NCBI GenBank assembly: GCA_964016885.1
Contig: OZ024747.1
Location: 34,162,001-34,226,000 of the forward strand
Direction of reading: 5' to 3'
Length of the DNA stretch: 64,000 nucleotides
Origin: Eledone cirrhosa
Taxonomy: Eukaryota
This document shows positions 1 to 12,590 of the stretch, one piece after another; within the stretch, counting starts at the first letter, position 1; every line of letters begins with the position of its first letter. A program made the position numbers and the translations under genes. The notes below the pieces were generated by a model that saw nothing but the letters and a program-made list of their open reading frames with translations, ran no database searches and was not told where the DNA came from.

Positions 1-1447
1 CAGTGATATATGTATGCAGTTTGGAATTAGTAAATGTGGAGTCATTGTGATGAGGAGGGGTAGGTTGAGCAGAAGTAACGGGATCCAGATACCAACAGGT
101 GAGATGATAAAGGAAATTGACTCTGAGGAAGGATACAAGTATTTGGGCGTTCTGGAGGCTGATGGCATAAAGAACAAAAAAATGAAGGAATTGTTAAGAA
201 CTGAATACATCCGGAGAGTAAGGAGCGTATTGAAGTCACATCTGAACAGCAGAAATGCCATAAGCGCAGTAAATTCCCGAGCTGTGTCTATTATTAGGTA
301 CAGTGCGGGAATTCTGAGATGGAATGTTGCTGAACAAAAAGAAATGGATAGGAAGACTAGGAAGCTATTGACTATCTACAACATGTTCCACAAGAGGAGT
401 GATGTCGATAGACTCTACCTAAGGAGATCTGAGGGTGGAAGATGTCTTATCAGCATAGAGGACCGTGTTCAGATGGAGAAAAACAACCTATAAAAATACG
501 TGACCTCTAGTAAGGAGCCAATGCTCAAAACTGTAGTGAAGGAGGGGACAGTAGGCGAGGGGATGTCCAAGGAGGAAATAAACATCAAGGAGGAAGAGCA
601 GCCTTAAGGGAAAATCCCTTCATAGTACCTTCTTTGAGAAAACTGAATTTAGAGATCCACAGACATGGAACTGGTTGAGAAGAGGAGACCTCAAAAAGGC
701 TACAGAAGGAATGCTAATGGCTGCGCAGGAGCAGGCCCTCAAAACGAAGTGGTTGAAGCACCATATTTACAAGGAGGAGGCTAGCCCACTGTGCAGGATC
801 TGTGGAGAGAGAGAGGAGACTGTGGCTCACATTGTGTCCGAGTGTAAACACCTAGCCCAGACCCACTATAAGGGCTGGAGACACGATGTGATGGGCAGGG
901 TGATCCACTGGCACCTGTGCAAAGTAAACAATTTACCACATTCCGAGAAATGGTATGAGCATAGGCCAGAGGCGGTGATGGAGAACAATCAGGTGAAGGT
1001 GCTGTGGGATTTTAGGATACAGACGGACAAAAAACTGGAACACAATAGACCTGACCTGGTGGTTGTGGACAAAGAAAAAAGATCGTGTTTGATTGTGGAT
1101 GTGGCCTGCCCTTTCGACACGAGAGTGCAAGAGAAGGAGAGGGAGAAAATTAACCGATACCAGGACTTAAAGTGGGAGGTGAAAAGGATTTGGAACTGCC
1201 ATGAAGTCAAAGTGATCCCGATTGTCATAGGCGCACTGGGGACTATCTCCAAAAGTTTCCAGGGATGGTTAAAGAAAATCGGCCCCTTCACGCTTTTTGG
1301 AACGCTTCAAAAGGCATGCTTGCTTGGAACAGCAAGAACCCTCCGATACGTCCTGAATATCTGAGGCTGCAGGTAGTGGCTTGATATTCATTCCAACGGA
1401 CTTTCCAGTTAACCAACATCAATGACTGAGATGCAAGGAATAACAAC

Positions 1448-1505
<58 letters not shown>
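1..1505 (+). mobile_element. R4/Dong-clade RLE non-LTR retrotransposon, family 1, 3' part (cut by window edge), with (TAA)n tail; disrupted
   Basis: ORFs 14-493 and 675-1364 give the RT thumb (YKYLGV), CCHC knuckle CRICGEREETVAHIVSEC and PD-(D/E)xK endonuclease (RPDLVV..DVACPFD..EKINRYQDL). Premature TAA at 491 plus a frameshift; (TAA)n at about 1441-1505. Confidence 0.93.
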
Positions 1506-1506
<1 letters not shown>

Positions 1507-2611
1507 GGGAATCACATGATTGGATGATCAACCTCGTTTTGAAACACGAAAGCATCAAAAGATCATATTCCATTACAAAAGATGCACAAAGATACAGTAA
1601 TCGACTACAAATTTCAGAAGTCCCATTTACTGCTGAAATGGAAAACACAGAAAAATCAAAGCAGGTAAAAGTAACTGCAAAGAAAGAACTGCTACAGAAA
1701 CTGGCTAAGAAATGGCAAGAAAAGCCTTTGTATGGAAAATACCCAGAGCGAGTTAACAATCCTGATGTTGACAAAACTTTAACCCATCAGTGGTTGGCAT
1801 CCTCTGGACTGAAATCGGAGACTGAAGGACTGATTATATCGGCACAAGATCAGTGTCTGCCAACAAAAAATTACCAAGCCAAACATAATAAAAAATGGGT
1901 GCAGCCCATTATGCCGTGTATGCAAAAAACAACCAGAGACCATTGACCATATAATTTCAATGTGCAGTCCTATAGCTCCAACCGAATACCTAAACAGGCA
2001 TGACAGAGCTGCACAATACATACATTGGATAATGTGTAAGCATTTTGACCTGCCCCGTCAAAAGAATTGGTGGGAGCATCAACCACCTCCCATACTTGAA
2101 AAAGATCACATCTCAATCTTGTGGAACTTTAGCATCCAAACAGACCGAAAAATAGATGCAAATAGACCTGATATAATATTGAAGGACTTTCAAAAGAGGG
2201 TATGCCTGCTAATTGATATGTCTGTTCCAATAGACAAGAATGTATCTATAAAAACATTTGAAAAATTGAGCAAGAATGGAGATAGAAATTTGAAAGATGT
2301 GTAAATTGAGAACTAAAACAATACCAGTGGTTGTAGGCGCTCTGGGAATGATACCTAAGGGGTCTAATGACTACTTATCAAATCCCAGGAAACCCGCGTA
2401 TAGGAGAAATACAAAAGATAGTACTAATGGGAACTGCCCATATACTAAGGAAGAGTCTGTCAATATAAGTACATCACAAGTCTAAACACTAAAGATGCAT
2501 GTATGAACATGTATGTTCTTTCTTGAACATGGCGGACCTTGTTGTCTCTTGAGGTCACTGGTTGTGACTTGGTGATAACTCGTATGAACATAAAGCAAGA
2601 TAAATGCAACT

Positions 2612-2670
<59 letters not shown>
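1506..2670 (+). mobile_element. R4/Dong-clade element, family 2, 5'-truncated, with (TAA)n tail
   Basis: ORFs 1422-1946, 1960-2304 and 2297-2485: LKSETEGLIISAQDQCL, RHD, RPDII..IDMSVP..EKLSK, PVVVGALG. Starts directly after the previous TAA run; TAA run at about 2613-2670. Confidence 0.92.
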
Positions 2671-2672
<2 letters not shown>

Positions 2673-2989
2673 ACTAAAACAATACCACTGGTTGTAGGCG
2701 CTCTGGGAATGATACCTAAGGGGTCTAATGATTACTTATCGCAAATCCCAGGAAACCCGCGTATAGGAGAAATACAAAAGATAGTACTAATGGGAACTGC
2801 CCATATACTAAGGAAGATTCTGTCAATATACTAACATCACAAGTCTAAACACTAAAGATGCATGTGTGAGTGTGTATGTTCTTTCTTGAACATGGCGGAC
2901 CTTGTTGTCTCTTGAGGTCACTGGTTGTGACTTGGTGATAACTCGTATGAACATAAAGCAAGATAAATGCAACTGTAATAATAATAATA
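2671..2989 (+). mobile_element. R4/Dong family 2, very short 5'-truncated copy (about 300 bp) with (TAA)n tail
   Basis: Near-identical to about 2312-2620 (PVVVGALGMIPKG plus 3' UTR); flanked on both sides by TAA runs. Confidence 0.92.
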
Positions 2990-3751
2990 AAACATTACCC
3001 AGCCAACATAATAAAAAATGGATGCAGCCCATTATGCCGTGTATGCAAAAAACAACCAGAGACCATTGACCATATCATTTCAATGTGCAGTCCTATAGCT
3101 CCAACCGAATACCTAAACAGGCATGACAGAGCTGCACAATACATACATTGGATAATGTGTAAGCATTTTGACCTGCCCCATCAAAAGAATTGGTGGGAGC
3201 ATCAACCACTTCCCATAGTTGAAAAAGATCACATCTCAACCTTGTGGAACGTTAGCATCCAAACAGACCGAAAAATAGATGCAAATAGACCTGATATAAT
3301 ATTGAAGGACTTTAAAAAGAGGGTTTGCCTGCTAATTGATATGTCTGTTCCAATAGAAAAGAATGTATCTATAAAAACATTTGAAAAATTGAGCAAGTAT
3401 AAGGACCTGGAGATAGAAATTGGAAAAATGTGTAAATTGAGAACTAAAACAATACCAGTGGTTGTAGGCGCTTTGGGAATGATACCTAAGGGGTCTAATG
3501 ATTACTTATCGCAATTCCCAGGAAACCCGCGTATAGGAGAAATACAAAAGATAGTACTAATAGGAACTGCCCATATACTAAGGAAGATTCTGTACATCAC
3601 AAGTCTAAACACTAAAGATGCATGTGTGAGTATGTATGTTCTTTCTTGAAGATGGCGGACCTTGTTGTCTCTTGAGGTCACTGGTTGTGACTTGGTGATA
3701 ACTCGTATAAACATAAAGCAAGATAAATGCAACTGTAATAATAATAATAAT
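2990..3751 (+). mobile_element. R4/Dong family 2, 5'-truncated copy with open endonuclease domain and (TAA)n tail
   Basis: ORF 3083-3649 (RHD...RPD...D...EKLSKYKDL...IQKIVLIGTAHILRK); same 3' UTR as the two preceding copies. Confidence 0.92.
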
Positions 3752-4180
3752 AGGGAAGAAGACACACATAGTGGATAGAAGGTCGAGAAATCGCTCCCGT
3801 AAGTTTTGATTTTTTAACATATTTAAATCAATCGTGAAATAACAATTCTTAGTACAAATGTTGCATAAAACATCCAGCTTGTGTCCCAAAAAATTCGGAT
3901 CCACAATATATTGTTATATTGCTCAAATATTCAATTTTGTATTATACATTTTATATTCAAAAAGAAAATGGTTATAAATGGAAGGAAACCCCCTCCGTCT
4001 ATACTTATAGAACAGCCAAATAACAGCAATTTCACCAACATCAGAAACTAGATACACCACCTACCCCATCACCCCTCTGTGTACACTAAACACAACAGCC
4101 CGATAACAGCAATTTCACCACCACCACCACCACCACCACCAATCTCAGCATAATAATAATAATTACTATTACTATTACCT

Positions 4181-5065
4181 CAAGTTTTAGTTTTAACAAA
4201 ATGTTTAATTCCAATATATGGGTAAATGTCAACACATATACGCGACTAACGATAATTTCACTAATGATAATTTCACCACCAATACCACCACCACTACCAC
4301 GATGAAAATTCTGGTCAAGTCGACTCAAATTTCTACTTCAACTTCAACACCATCACTACAGTAATACGACCACATCACCACCACCGCTGCCTCACTATCG
4401 CTACCGCCGCTATTCTCTCCCACTACCTCCTGCTAGTTGCTGCTAGCACAGCAACGCCACCGCCGCCGCTGCCTCAATATCACTACCGCCGCTATTCTCT
4501 CCCGTTACCCCCTGCTACATTGTAGAATTCTCACTAAAAGAGGAAAACATCGAAATATATAAATAGACTGAATTGATGACCCGGTCAAGATAAAAATAAA
4601 AAAAAACAATAATCAAAATCAAGTTTTAGTTTTAACAAAATGTTTAATTCCAATATTATGGGTAAATGTCAACACATATACGCGACTAACGATAATTTCA
4701 CTAAAGATAATTTCACCACCAATATCACCACCACTACCACGATGAAAACTCTGGTCAAGTCGACTCAAATTTCTACTCCAACTTCAACACCATCACTATA
4801 GTAATACGACCACATCACCACCACCGCTTCCTCACTATCGCTACCGCCGCTATTCCCTCCCACTGCCTCCTGCTAGTTGCTGCTAGCACAGCACCGCCAC
4901 CACCCCCGCCACCGCTGCCTCAGTATCACTACCGCCGCTATTCTCTCCCGCTATCCCCTGCTACATTGTAGAATTCCCACTAAAAGAGGAAAATATCAAA
5001 ATATATAAATAGACTGAATTGATGACCCGATCAAAATAAAAAAAAACTACAAAAATCAAAATCAA
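4181..5065. repeat. Tandem duplication, 2 x about 439 bp
   Basis: CAAGTTTTAGTTTTAACAAAATG... starts at 4181 and again at 4620; units align along their length and contain CCA/CCG-rich internal subrepeats. Confidence 0.9.
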
Positions 5066-5391
5066 AGCAGCAGAGCAACAGCGAAAAACGTAAAGGAAAT
5101 AAAAATGAAGAGAAAAACAAACGGACGGACAGAGAAGGGAAGGGAAAAACTAAGTCAGACATTCAAACACTACATTACAATGAAACTTATGCTTATTCAT
5201 TTTTGGGGTTTTTTCTGCCTATTTGTTTGTTTGTTTGTTTGGGTTCGTCTACAGCGTGATAATGCCACACAAAAGTCACGTGGAGTGACGAAACCACCGG
5301 ATACAAGTAATTCACCGGTCGTTATGTAACCATACATTCACCAATCCTCGATATGAGTGCGTAAATTTCGAACCTAAACAGTTAGAATAAT

Positions 5392-8300
5392 GGTGTAGTG
5401 GAGACTGGAATGTCATGTGACAGACTCTCACCCAGCAGGAGCTCCCTGGTCCAGCAGCAGGGACCTGGCTGTCATTCAAATACTGCTGGTGATGGAGGAA
5501 GAGGGAAAGGGACCAGAACCAACTGGACGAAAGAATTGAATAGAACTGTTATGCAATGTTACCTGAAGAGTAACCCCAAGGAAAAGGGCTATAGTAAACG
5601 GATGCATAACATCTGGAACGAGATTGGTGGATTTAAATTAGATGAACAAAAATTGGCTTGGCAGGCTCGAGTAATAAGAACTAATGGATGGATAAGCGAG
5701 CTGGAACTGGAGGTACTGAGCAGAGAGATTAGGTTGGAAATGGAGTGTGGAGTATGCCAGGCAAACGAGCCAGTGGGAAATGAAGGTCAAGAGGTTGAGA
5801 AAACGGAGGAACCATCCGAAGCAGACAATGATCTGAATGCTGAAATAAATAATACCTGGAACAAAGATACGGCCATTAAGGAAATTAATGCTGACGGGCT
5901 AGGACAATATTTGGTTGATATCCTAAACTTAGTGGTAGATGAAATGAATAATGATAGTGCGAAGACTATGAACCTAAGATTTGTAGAAAGGAAAAGGTTA
6001 AAAGAAACAGCAGCTAAGGTAAACAAAGTCATCCCATACCTTGAGGCGAGGAGCCTTCACCAGTGCAACAATATCTTCAAAGCAACAGCAAATGCGGTGA
6101 GGAAATTACTTGGCATAAAAGCGAGAGGAAGCAACGAACAAGAAAGATCAGAACCTTGGTGGAAGAAACGACTGAATAGTCAGATCAGGGAAATGAGAAA
6201 TGACATTTTAAGCTTGAGTCCCTACTGAATGGGACACTAAAAAACATAGGCACTAAAAATAGACTGGAAATAAAGTACAAAACTAGGAGGAAAAAGCTAA
6301 ATATTATCATAGAGGAACTGAAGCAAAGAGTGCAAAAATTAGGCGATACGAGAGCAGAGTCAGTAAGTATAGACAGAACCGCATGTTTGACCACAACCAG
6401 AAGATATTGTTTGGAAAGCTTGAAGGGAAAGAAAGAAGCAACGACTTGATCATTGAGGCGGAACAAACTAAGACATTCTGGAGAGGAATATGGGAGCAGG
6501 ACGTTAAACATAATGACTAGGCAGTGTGGATTGAGACAGTATAAAAGGAGATTAGTTAACAGGCACACCAACAAACTGATTTGAATATCACAGTTGAAAC
6601 TCTTAAGGAGCAGGCCAAAAAACTAACTAACTGGAAATCACCAGGCCCAGATGGTGTGCAGGGGTATTGGATTAAACATATAACAACCCTCCACCCGAAA
6701 CTGACAAACATGTTCAATGACTGCTTGATGTCAGGTGAGGTACCAGAGTGGTTGACAAAAGGTACCACAGTTCTGCTAATGAAAGACCGAATCAAGGGTA
6801 ATGATGTTACCAACTATAGACCTATCACATGTCTGTCCGTAATGTGGAAACTGTTAACAAGCATTGTGTCTGAGGAAATCTACCATCACCATCACACAAA
6901 CAACTTGTTACCGGACGAACAGAAATGATGCCGAAAGAAGTCCCGTGATACAAAGTACCAGTTACTTATTGATAAGATGCTTATGAGGAATTGCAAGAGG
7001 AGACACACTGGTCTCATTCTTGGATCACCAAAGGCCTAGAGATCTTTAAGTTGGCAGATAACATCAGACAATTGTTGAGCAAATGTATGAAGTCCTGGAA
7101 AACAGAGTTAACATCAGCTTGAGAATCCTTGGGAGGCGCGAAGATCAAGAGAGGTATCTCCCAGGGAGATAGTCTGTCCTGTCTGTAGTTTTTCCTTGCC
7201 ATGATGCCCTTGACCATTATACTGCGAAAAGTGACAGCAGGATACATTTTGGGAAAGGGAGAGCTCACCATCCATCACCTCCTCTTCATGGATGATCTTA
7301 AGCTCTTCGGGAAGAGTGAGAAGGAGTTGGATGTGCTTGTTGTCACTGTCTGTATTTTCAGCAATGATATATGTATGAAATTTGGTATTAGTAAGTGTGG
7401 AATCCGTGTGATGAAGAAACAGAATCTAGGTACCAACAGGTGAGATGATAAAGGAAATTGACACCGAAGAAGGATACAAATATTTAGGTGTTCTGGAGGC
7501 GGATGACATCAAGAACAAAGAAATGAAGGAATTGATAAGATCTGAATACATTCGGAGAGTAGGAGCGTATTAAAATCACATCTGAACAGTAGGAATGCCA
7601 TAAGTGCAGTAAATTCCCGAGCTGTGTCTATTATTAGGCACATTTTGAGAATTTAGAGAAGGAATGTTGCTGAACAAAAAGAAATGGATAGGAAGACTAG
7701 GAAGCTATGCACTATCTACAACATGTTCCACAAGAGGAGTGATGTCGATATACTCTACTTAAGGAGATCTGAAGGTGGAAGAGGTCTTATCAGCATAGAG
7801 GACTGTGTTCAGATGGAGAAAAACAACCTACACAAATACGTGACTGATAGTAGGGAGCCAATGCTCAGAATTGTACTGAAGGAGAAGACAATAGACCAGG
7901 GGATATCCAAAGAGGAAACAACAACAAGGAGAAAGTACAACCTTCATGAAAAATCCCTTCATAGTACCTTCTTTGAGAAAACTGAATTCAGAGATCCACA
8001 GGCATGGAACTGGTTGAAAAGAGGAGACCTTAAAAAGGCTACAGAAGAAATGCTAATGGCTGCGCAAGAGCAGGCCCTCAAGACGAAGTGGCTGAAACAC
8101 CATATTTACAATGAGGAGGCTAGCCCACTGTGTAGAATCTGTGGAGAGAGAGGAGACTGTGGCTCACATTGTATCCGAGTGTAAACACCTAGCCCAGACT
8201 CACTATAAAGGCTGGAGACATGATGTGATGAGCAGGGTGATCCAGTGGCACCTATGCAAAGTAGACAATCTACCACATTCTGAGAAGCCAGAGTCGGTGA

Positions 8301-8782
8301 TAGAAAATAATGAGGTGAAGGTGCTGTGGGATTTTAGGATACAGACGGACAAGAAACTGGAACCCAATAGACCTGACCTGGTGGTTTTGGACAAGGAAAA
8401 CAGATCGTGCCTGATTGTGGATGTGGCCTGCCCATTCGACACGAGAGTGCAAGAGAGGGAGAGGGAGAAAATTAACCGATACCAGGATTTAAGTGGGAGG
8501 TAAAAATGATTTGGAACTGCCATGAAGTCAAAGTGGTCCCGATTGTCATAGGCGCACTAGATACTATCTCAAAGAGTTTCCAATGATGGTTAAAGAAAAT
8601 TAGTCCTGCCCCGCTTTTTGGAACACTTCAAAAGCATGCTTGCTGGGAACAACAAGAACCCTCCGATACGTCCTGAATATCTGAGGCTGTAGGTAGCGGC
8701 TTGATATTCATTTCAACAAACTTTCCAGTTAACTAACATCAATGACTGAGACTCAAAGAACAATAATAATAATAATAATAAT
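5392..8782 (+). mobile_element. Near full-length but decayed R4/Dong family 1 element
   Basis: ATG at 5410; N-terminal W..ELN..VM.CY motif, EPWWKKRL, WKSPGPDGVQGYWIK, NYRPITCL, RGISQGDSLS, HLLFMDDLKLF, CCHC knuckle and RLE domain. Many stops and frameshifts; the D..KA.DS RT motif is deleted near 7015; (TAA)n at 8761-8782. Confidence 0.93.
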
Positions 8783-9628
8783 CATAGCACCTTCTTTAAG
8801 AAAACGGAATTCAGAGATCCACAGACATGGAACTGGTTAACAAAAGGAGACCTTAAAAAAGCTACAGAAGGAATGCTAAGGGCTGCACAAGAGCAGGCAC
8901 TCAAAACGAAGTGGGTGAAACAACATATTAACAAGGAGGAGGCTAGCTCACTGTGTAGGATCGGTGGAGAGAGAGAGAGGAGACTGTGGCTCACATTGTA
9001 TCCGAGTGTAAACACCTAGCCCAGACTCACTATCAAGGATGGAGACATAATGTGATAGGCAGGGTGATCCACTTGCATCTATTCTCAGAATGTGGTAAAC
9101 AATTTACCACATTCTGAGAAGTGGTATGAGCATAAGCCAGAGTCGGTGATAGAAAACGATCAGGTGACGGTGCTGTGGGATTTTAGGATACAGACGGACA
9201 AGAAATTAGAACACAACAGGCCTGACCTGGTGGTTTTGGAAAAGGAAAAAACATCGTGCCTGATTGTAGATGTAGCCTGCCCATGTGACACGAGAGTGCA
9301 TGAAAAGTAGAGGGAGAAAATTAACCGATACCAGGATATCAGGTGGGAGTTAGAAAGGATTTGGAACTGCCATGAAATCAAGGTCGTTCCGATTGTCATA
9401 GGCGCACTAGGTACTATCTCAAAGAATTTCCAAGTATAGTTAAAGAAGATTGGTCCAGCCCCGCTTTTTGGAACATTTCAAAAGGCATGTTTTCTTGGGA
9501 ACAGCAAGAACCCTCCAATACGCCCTGAATGTCTGAGGCTGCAGGTAGCGGCTTGATATTCATTTCAACAAACTTTCCAGTTAAATAACATCAACGTCTG
9601 AGACTCAAAGAACAATAATAATATTAAT
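8783..9628 (+). mobile_element. R4/Dong family 1, 5'-truncated decayed copy
   Basis: Homologous to about 621-1445 and 7960-8765; begins right after the TAA run and ends in a short TAA tail. Confidence 0.9.
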
Positions 9629-9642
9629 ACTATATATATATA

Positions 9643-9910
9643 TCACCTTGACCGACCAGCCTATCGGGCGTCTATTCGGCGCCGTTGGTCACAGCACATC
9701 ATAGTGTTTTAGCGATAAGATAACGCCATCCCCCTGGCTGGGCGAGCAGGCTGGTACCTCTTCATCTCATTTCTACAGTTGAGTAAACTGGAGCAACGTA
9801 AAATAAGTTGTCTTGCTCAAGGAAATAACCCATCGCCCGGTCCGTGAATTGAACTTACAACCTTTCGATTGCAAGCCCAATGCTCTAATCACTAGGTCAT
9901 GCGCCTTCAC
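9643..9910 (-). mobile_element. tRNA-derived CORE-type SINE (octopus OR2-like)
   Basis: Minus strand: A box TGACCTAGTGATTAG, B box GTTCAATTC, then CORE-like TCCTTGAGCAAGACAACTT...CCAGTTTACTCAACTGTAGAAATG. Confidence 0.8.
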
Positions 9911-9920
9911 TATATATATA

Positions 9921-10196
<276 letters not shown>

Positions 10197-11137
10197 CGAT
10201 ATTAAATAAATGGAAACTATATTTATAAAACCATATTTATTTCATTATATATATTTCAGGGATATCATATTAACAATATGTTATGCCTTCTTCAGACAAA
10301 ATACAATATAGACAGATTTATAGATAAATAGATTTGACATACCGTTCAACATCGACTTGTATTTGAAAAAGTTGATTTGGCAGTGAAAAATTGTAAACAG
10401 AAAGAAAGATAGAAAGAAGGAAAGAAAGAAAACGAAGAAAAAGAATAAATGCATGCAACAAAATAGAGAGATGGAAAGATAGATAAAGAGAAGAACTTCA
10501 TGTAAAGAAACAGAGAGAGATATATAGAGAGAGGAAATAGATAGAGATAGATATATATAGAGAAAAGTAGGTAGTTGAACATCCGTTGAATGACGTATCA
10601 ATGATACATTTATTTATTTATTTATTTATTTAGCTCTAGTATTAATGTAAGGGAGATATATGTGGTTAGGAAAGAAACCAGCCGTTATATAGAGAGAAAA
10701 AATGAAAAGTAACCAGACATAGGCGAGGCAGAATTTAAAAACCCTATGTTTCAATGTAGAAATATTAGTTCGTATAAAAACCAGGCACTATAATGTAAAT
10801 ATCAGTATTCATGAATGAGACACGTATCTAAATGTGTGAAAAGTAATGATCTTATGTCTAGTTTTAAAAATTCATATGTTTATATGATAACTACAAACAT
10901 CGATGTGAATTTACGTGATCAACTCTGCAAACTCCTATTTCACGCGGAGAACATTCTCATTGTGCTATAAAAATTTAAGTATACATATATGTGTATATAT
11001 ACACATATATATAGAGTCTATATTAATTTTAATTTTAACAATACTATTCTTGTCTTTACTCTACATGATTATCTATCAAGCAGAAATAGAGAACAGATTT
11101 CAATATATTAATAAAAAATATCAGAAACAAAAACAAA

Positions 11138-11173
<36 letters not shown>

Positions 11174-11553
11174 AATAAAATAGAAAACTAAAAAATATTA
11201 CATATTAAAAATAAAAATATTAAAAATATTTAAAAATATTAAAATAATAAAAATAAAAATAAAAACATAGTATGCCACGCAAATCGACCACAAAGATCAA
11301 CCCTTCAAAATTAATTGACAATATATTGCCAAGTTCATTATAAGCATCAGAGTCGAAAACAGATAAAGCTAAAAATTATTTACCAAATCGCGTCTAGCAG
11401 AAATCATTTCAAAAGTTTAGGATGCCCATTTGGTCTACATATGTTCTTATATTTAATATAGAAGTTTATCTAGTGTAACGTTTATTCGATATATATCGAA
11501 TAAACGTTAACATGTTAAAAGATATTTTTTCAGCTCTTGTCTTATACGGAGAA

Positions 11554-11635
<82 letters not shown>

Positions 11636-11739
11636 CTCTTTGTATGTTAATATACGCGTGTGTATGTGTGTGTGTGTGAGAGAATGTGTGTGTGTGTGGG
11701 GGGGGGGGGTGATAGAATGTGTGTGTGGGTGGATTAGTA

Positions 11740-12240
11740 TTTATTTCTGTTAAGATGGTGTACATTATTCGATATTTTCAGTAAAATCGATTCTCTCAAT
11801 AGAACATCAAAAACCTTAATAATAAAAGGTGTGAAATGATATATAGTATTGGCATAATACCAAGGTGTGTGTGAGTGTGTCCAGATTTCACGTACTGCAA
11901 GGGGGATCCATTAGGCCTTGCCGTATTGGAATACCTGTGCACAAATATGTATCTGGAGTGTGTCCAGAAATTGCATACCTGTGCACAAGTTGTATACCTG
12001 TGCACAAATTGTACACATGTATCTGGAGTGTGTCCAGAAATTGTATACCTGTGCACAAATATGTATCTGGAGTGTTTCCAGATTGTTCGTACTGCAAGGG
12101 GAATTTATTAGGCCTTGCCGTATTGGAATACCTGTGCACAAATATGTATGTGCCCATCAGTGTGCAATACATGTGTGCGTTTATGTATGTGTGTGTATCG
12201 GCACGTTTACATCTATAGACATCAAAAGGTATGCAAATTT
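11740..12240 (-). mobile_element. Neptune-type PLE 3' UTR fragment with internal minisatellite expansion
   Basis: Aligns with about 51820-52130, downstream of the Neptune GIY-YIG ORF; TACCTGTGCACAAA units repeated several times in 11930-12150. Confidence 0.75.
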
Positions 12241-12264
12241 GTCCCCCTCGCTTTACGCGATTAC

Positions 12265-12370
12265 TGGTCCCAGTAACTTATTTTAGTTATTGCTCGCACC
12301 AACCTGAGGTATCTGATTTTTAATGCGATGAAATACCAATCATGGTTGGAAAATCACTGACGAAGGACTA
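12265..12370 (+). ncRNA. Candidate non-canonically ordered, pseudoknotted hammerhead ribozyme with kink-turn, copy 1
   Basis: GGTA-TC-TGATTTT (12308-20) ... TGCGA-T-GAAA-TACC (12324-37) ... AAAATCA-CTGACGA-A-GGACTA (12350-70). Stems GGTA/TACC, TGATTTT/AAAATCA, TCGCA/TGCGA, CCAAC/GTTGG and TGGTCC/GGACTA. Confidence 0.7.
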
Positions 12371-12426
12371 TGTTTATCATTTGTAACCCATGTGCAAACA
12401 ACGCAGTACTCTTCTTTCTTCTCATG

Positions 12427-12470
<44 letters not shown>

Positions 12471-12539
12471 GAGAAACAGACAAACGCAGCCGAGGTAAAT
12501 AAATATAAAAAACATGAGAAGAAAGAAGAATACTACGTA

Positions 12540-12586
<47 letters not shown>

Positions 12587-12590
<4 letters not shown>

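Noticed and set aside
5262-5330. Hairpin GTCAC/GTGAC followed by GAAAC and ACCGG/CCGGT, resembling a hammerhead upstream of the Dong element
   Set aside because: No CUGANGA or compensatory core at the required position (reads CACAAAA) and no convincing stem I.
6900-7200. In-frame TGA codons as selenocysteine or readthrough
   Set aside because: Accompanied by TAA/TAG stops, frameshifts and deletions, i.e. ordinary decay.
9780-9910. tRNA genes at A/B-box sites
   Set aside because: No complete cloverleaf; each continues into a SINE body and is multi-copy.
11865-12286. Cys-rich repetitive ORFs on both strands, and a CRISPR-like look of the repeats
   Set aside because: Minisatellite inside a PLE 3' UTR; no unique spacers, no cas genes, eukaryotic context.
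12299-12349. SECIS element interpretation of the AUGA/GA motif
   Set aside because: Strand order is reversed relative to SECIS, there is no apical AA loop on the non-canonical stem, and no linked UGA-containing ORF; a box C/D-like k-turn fits better.
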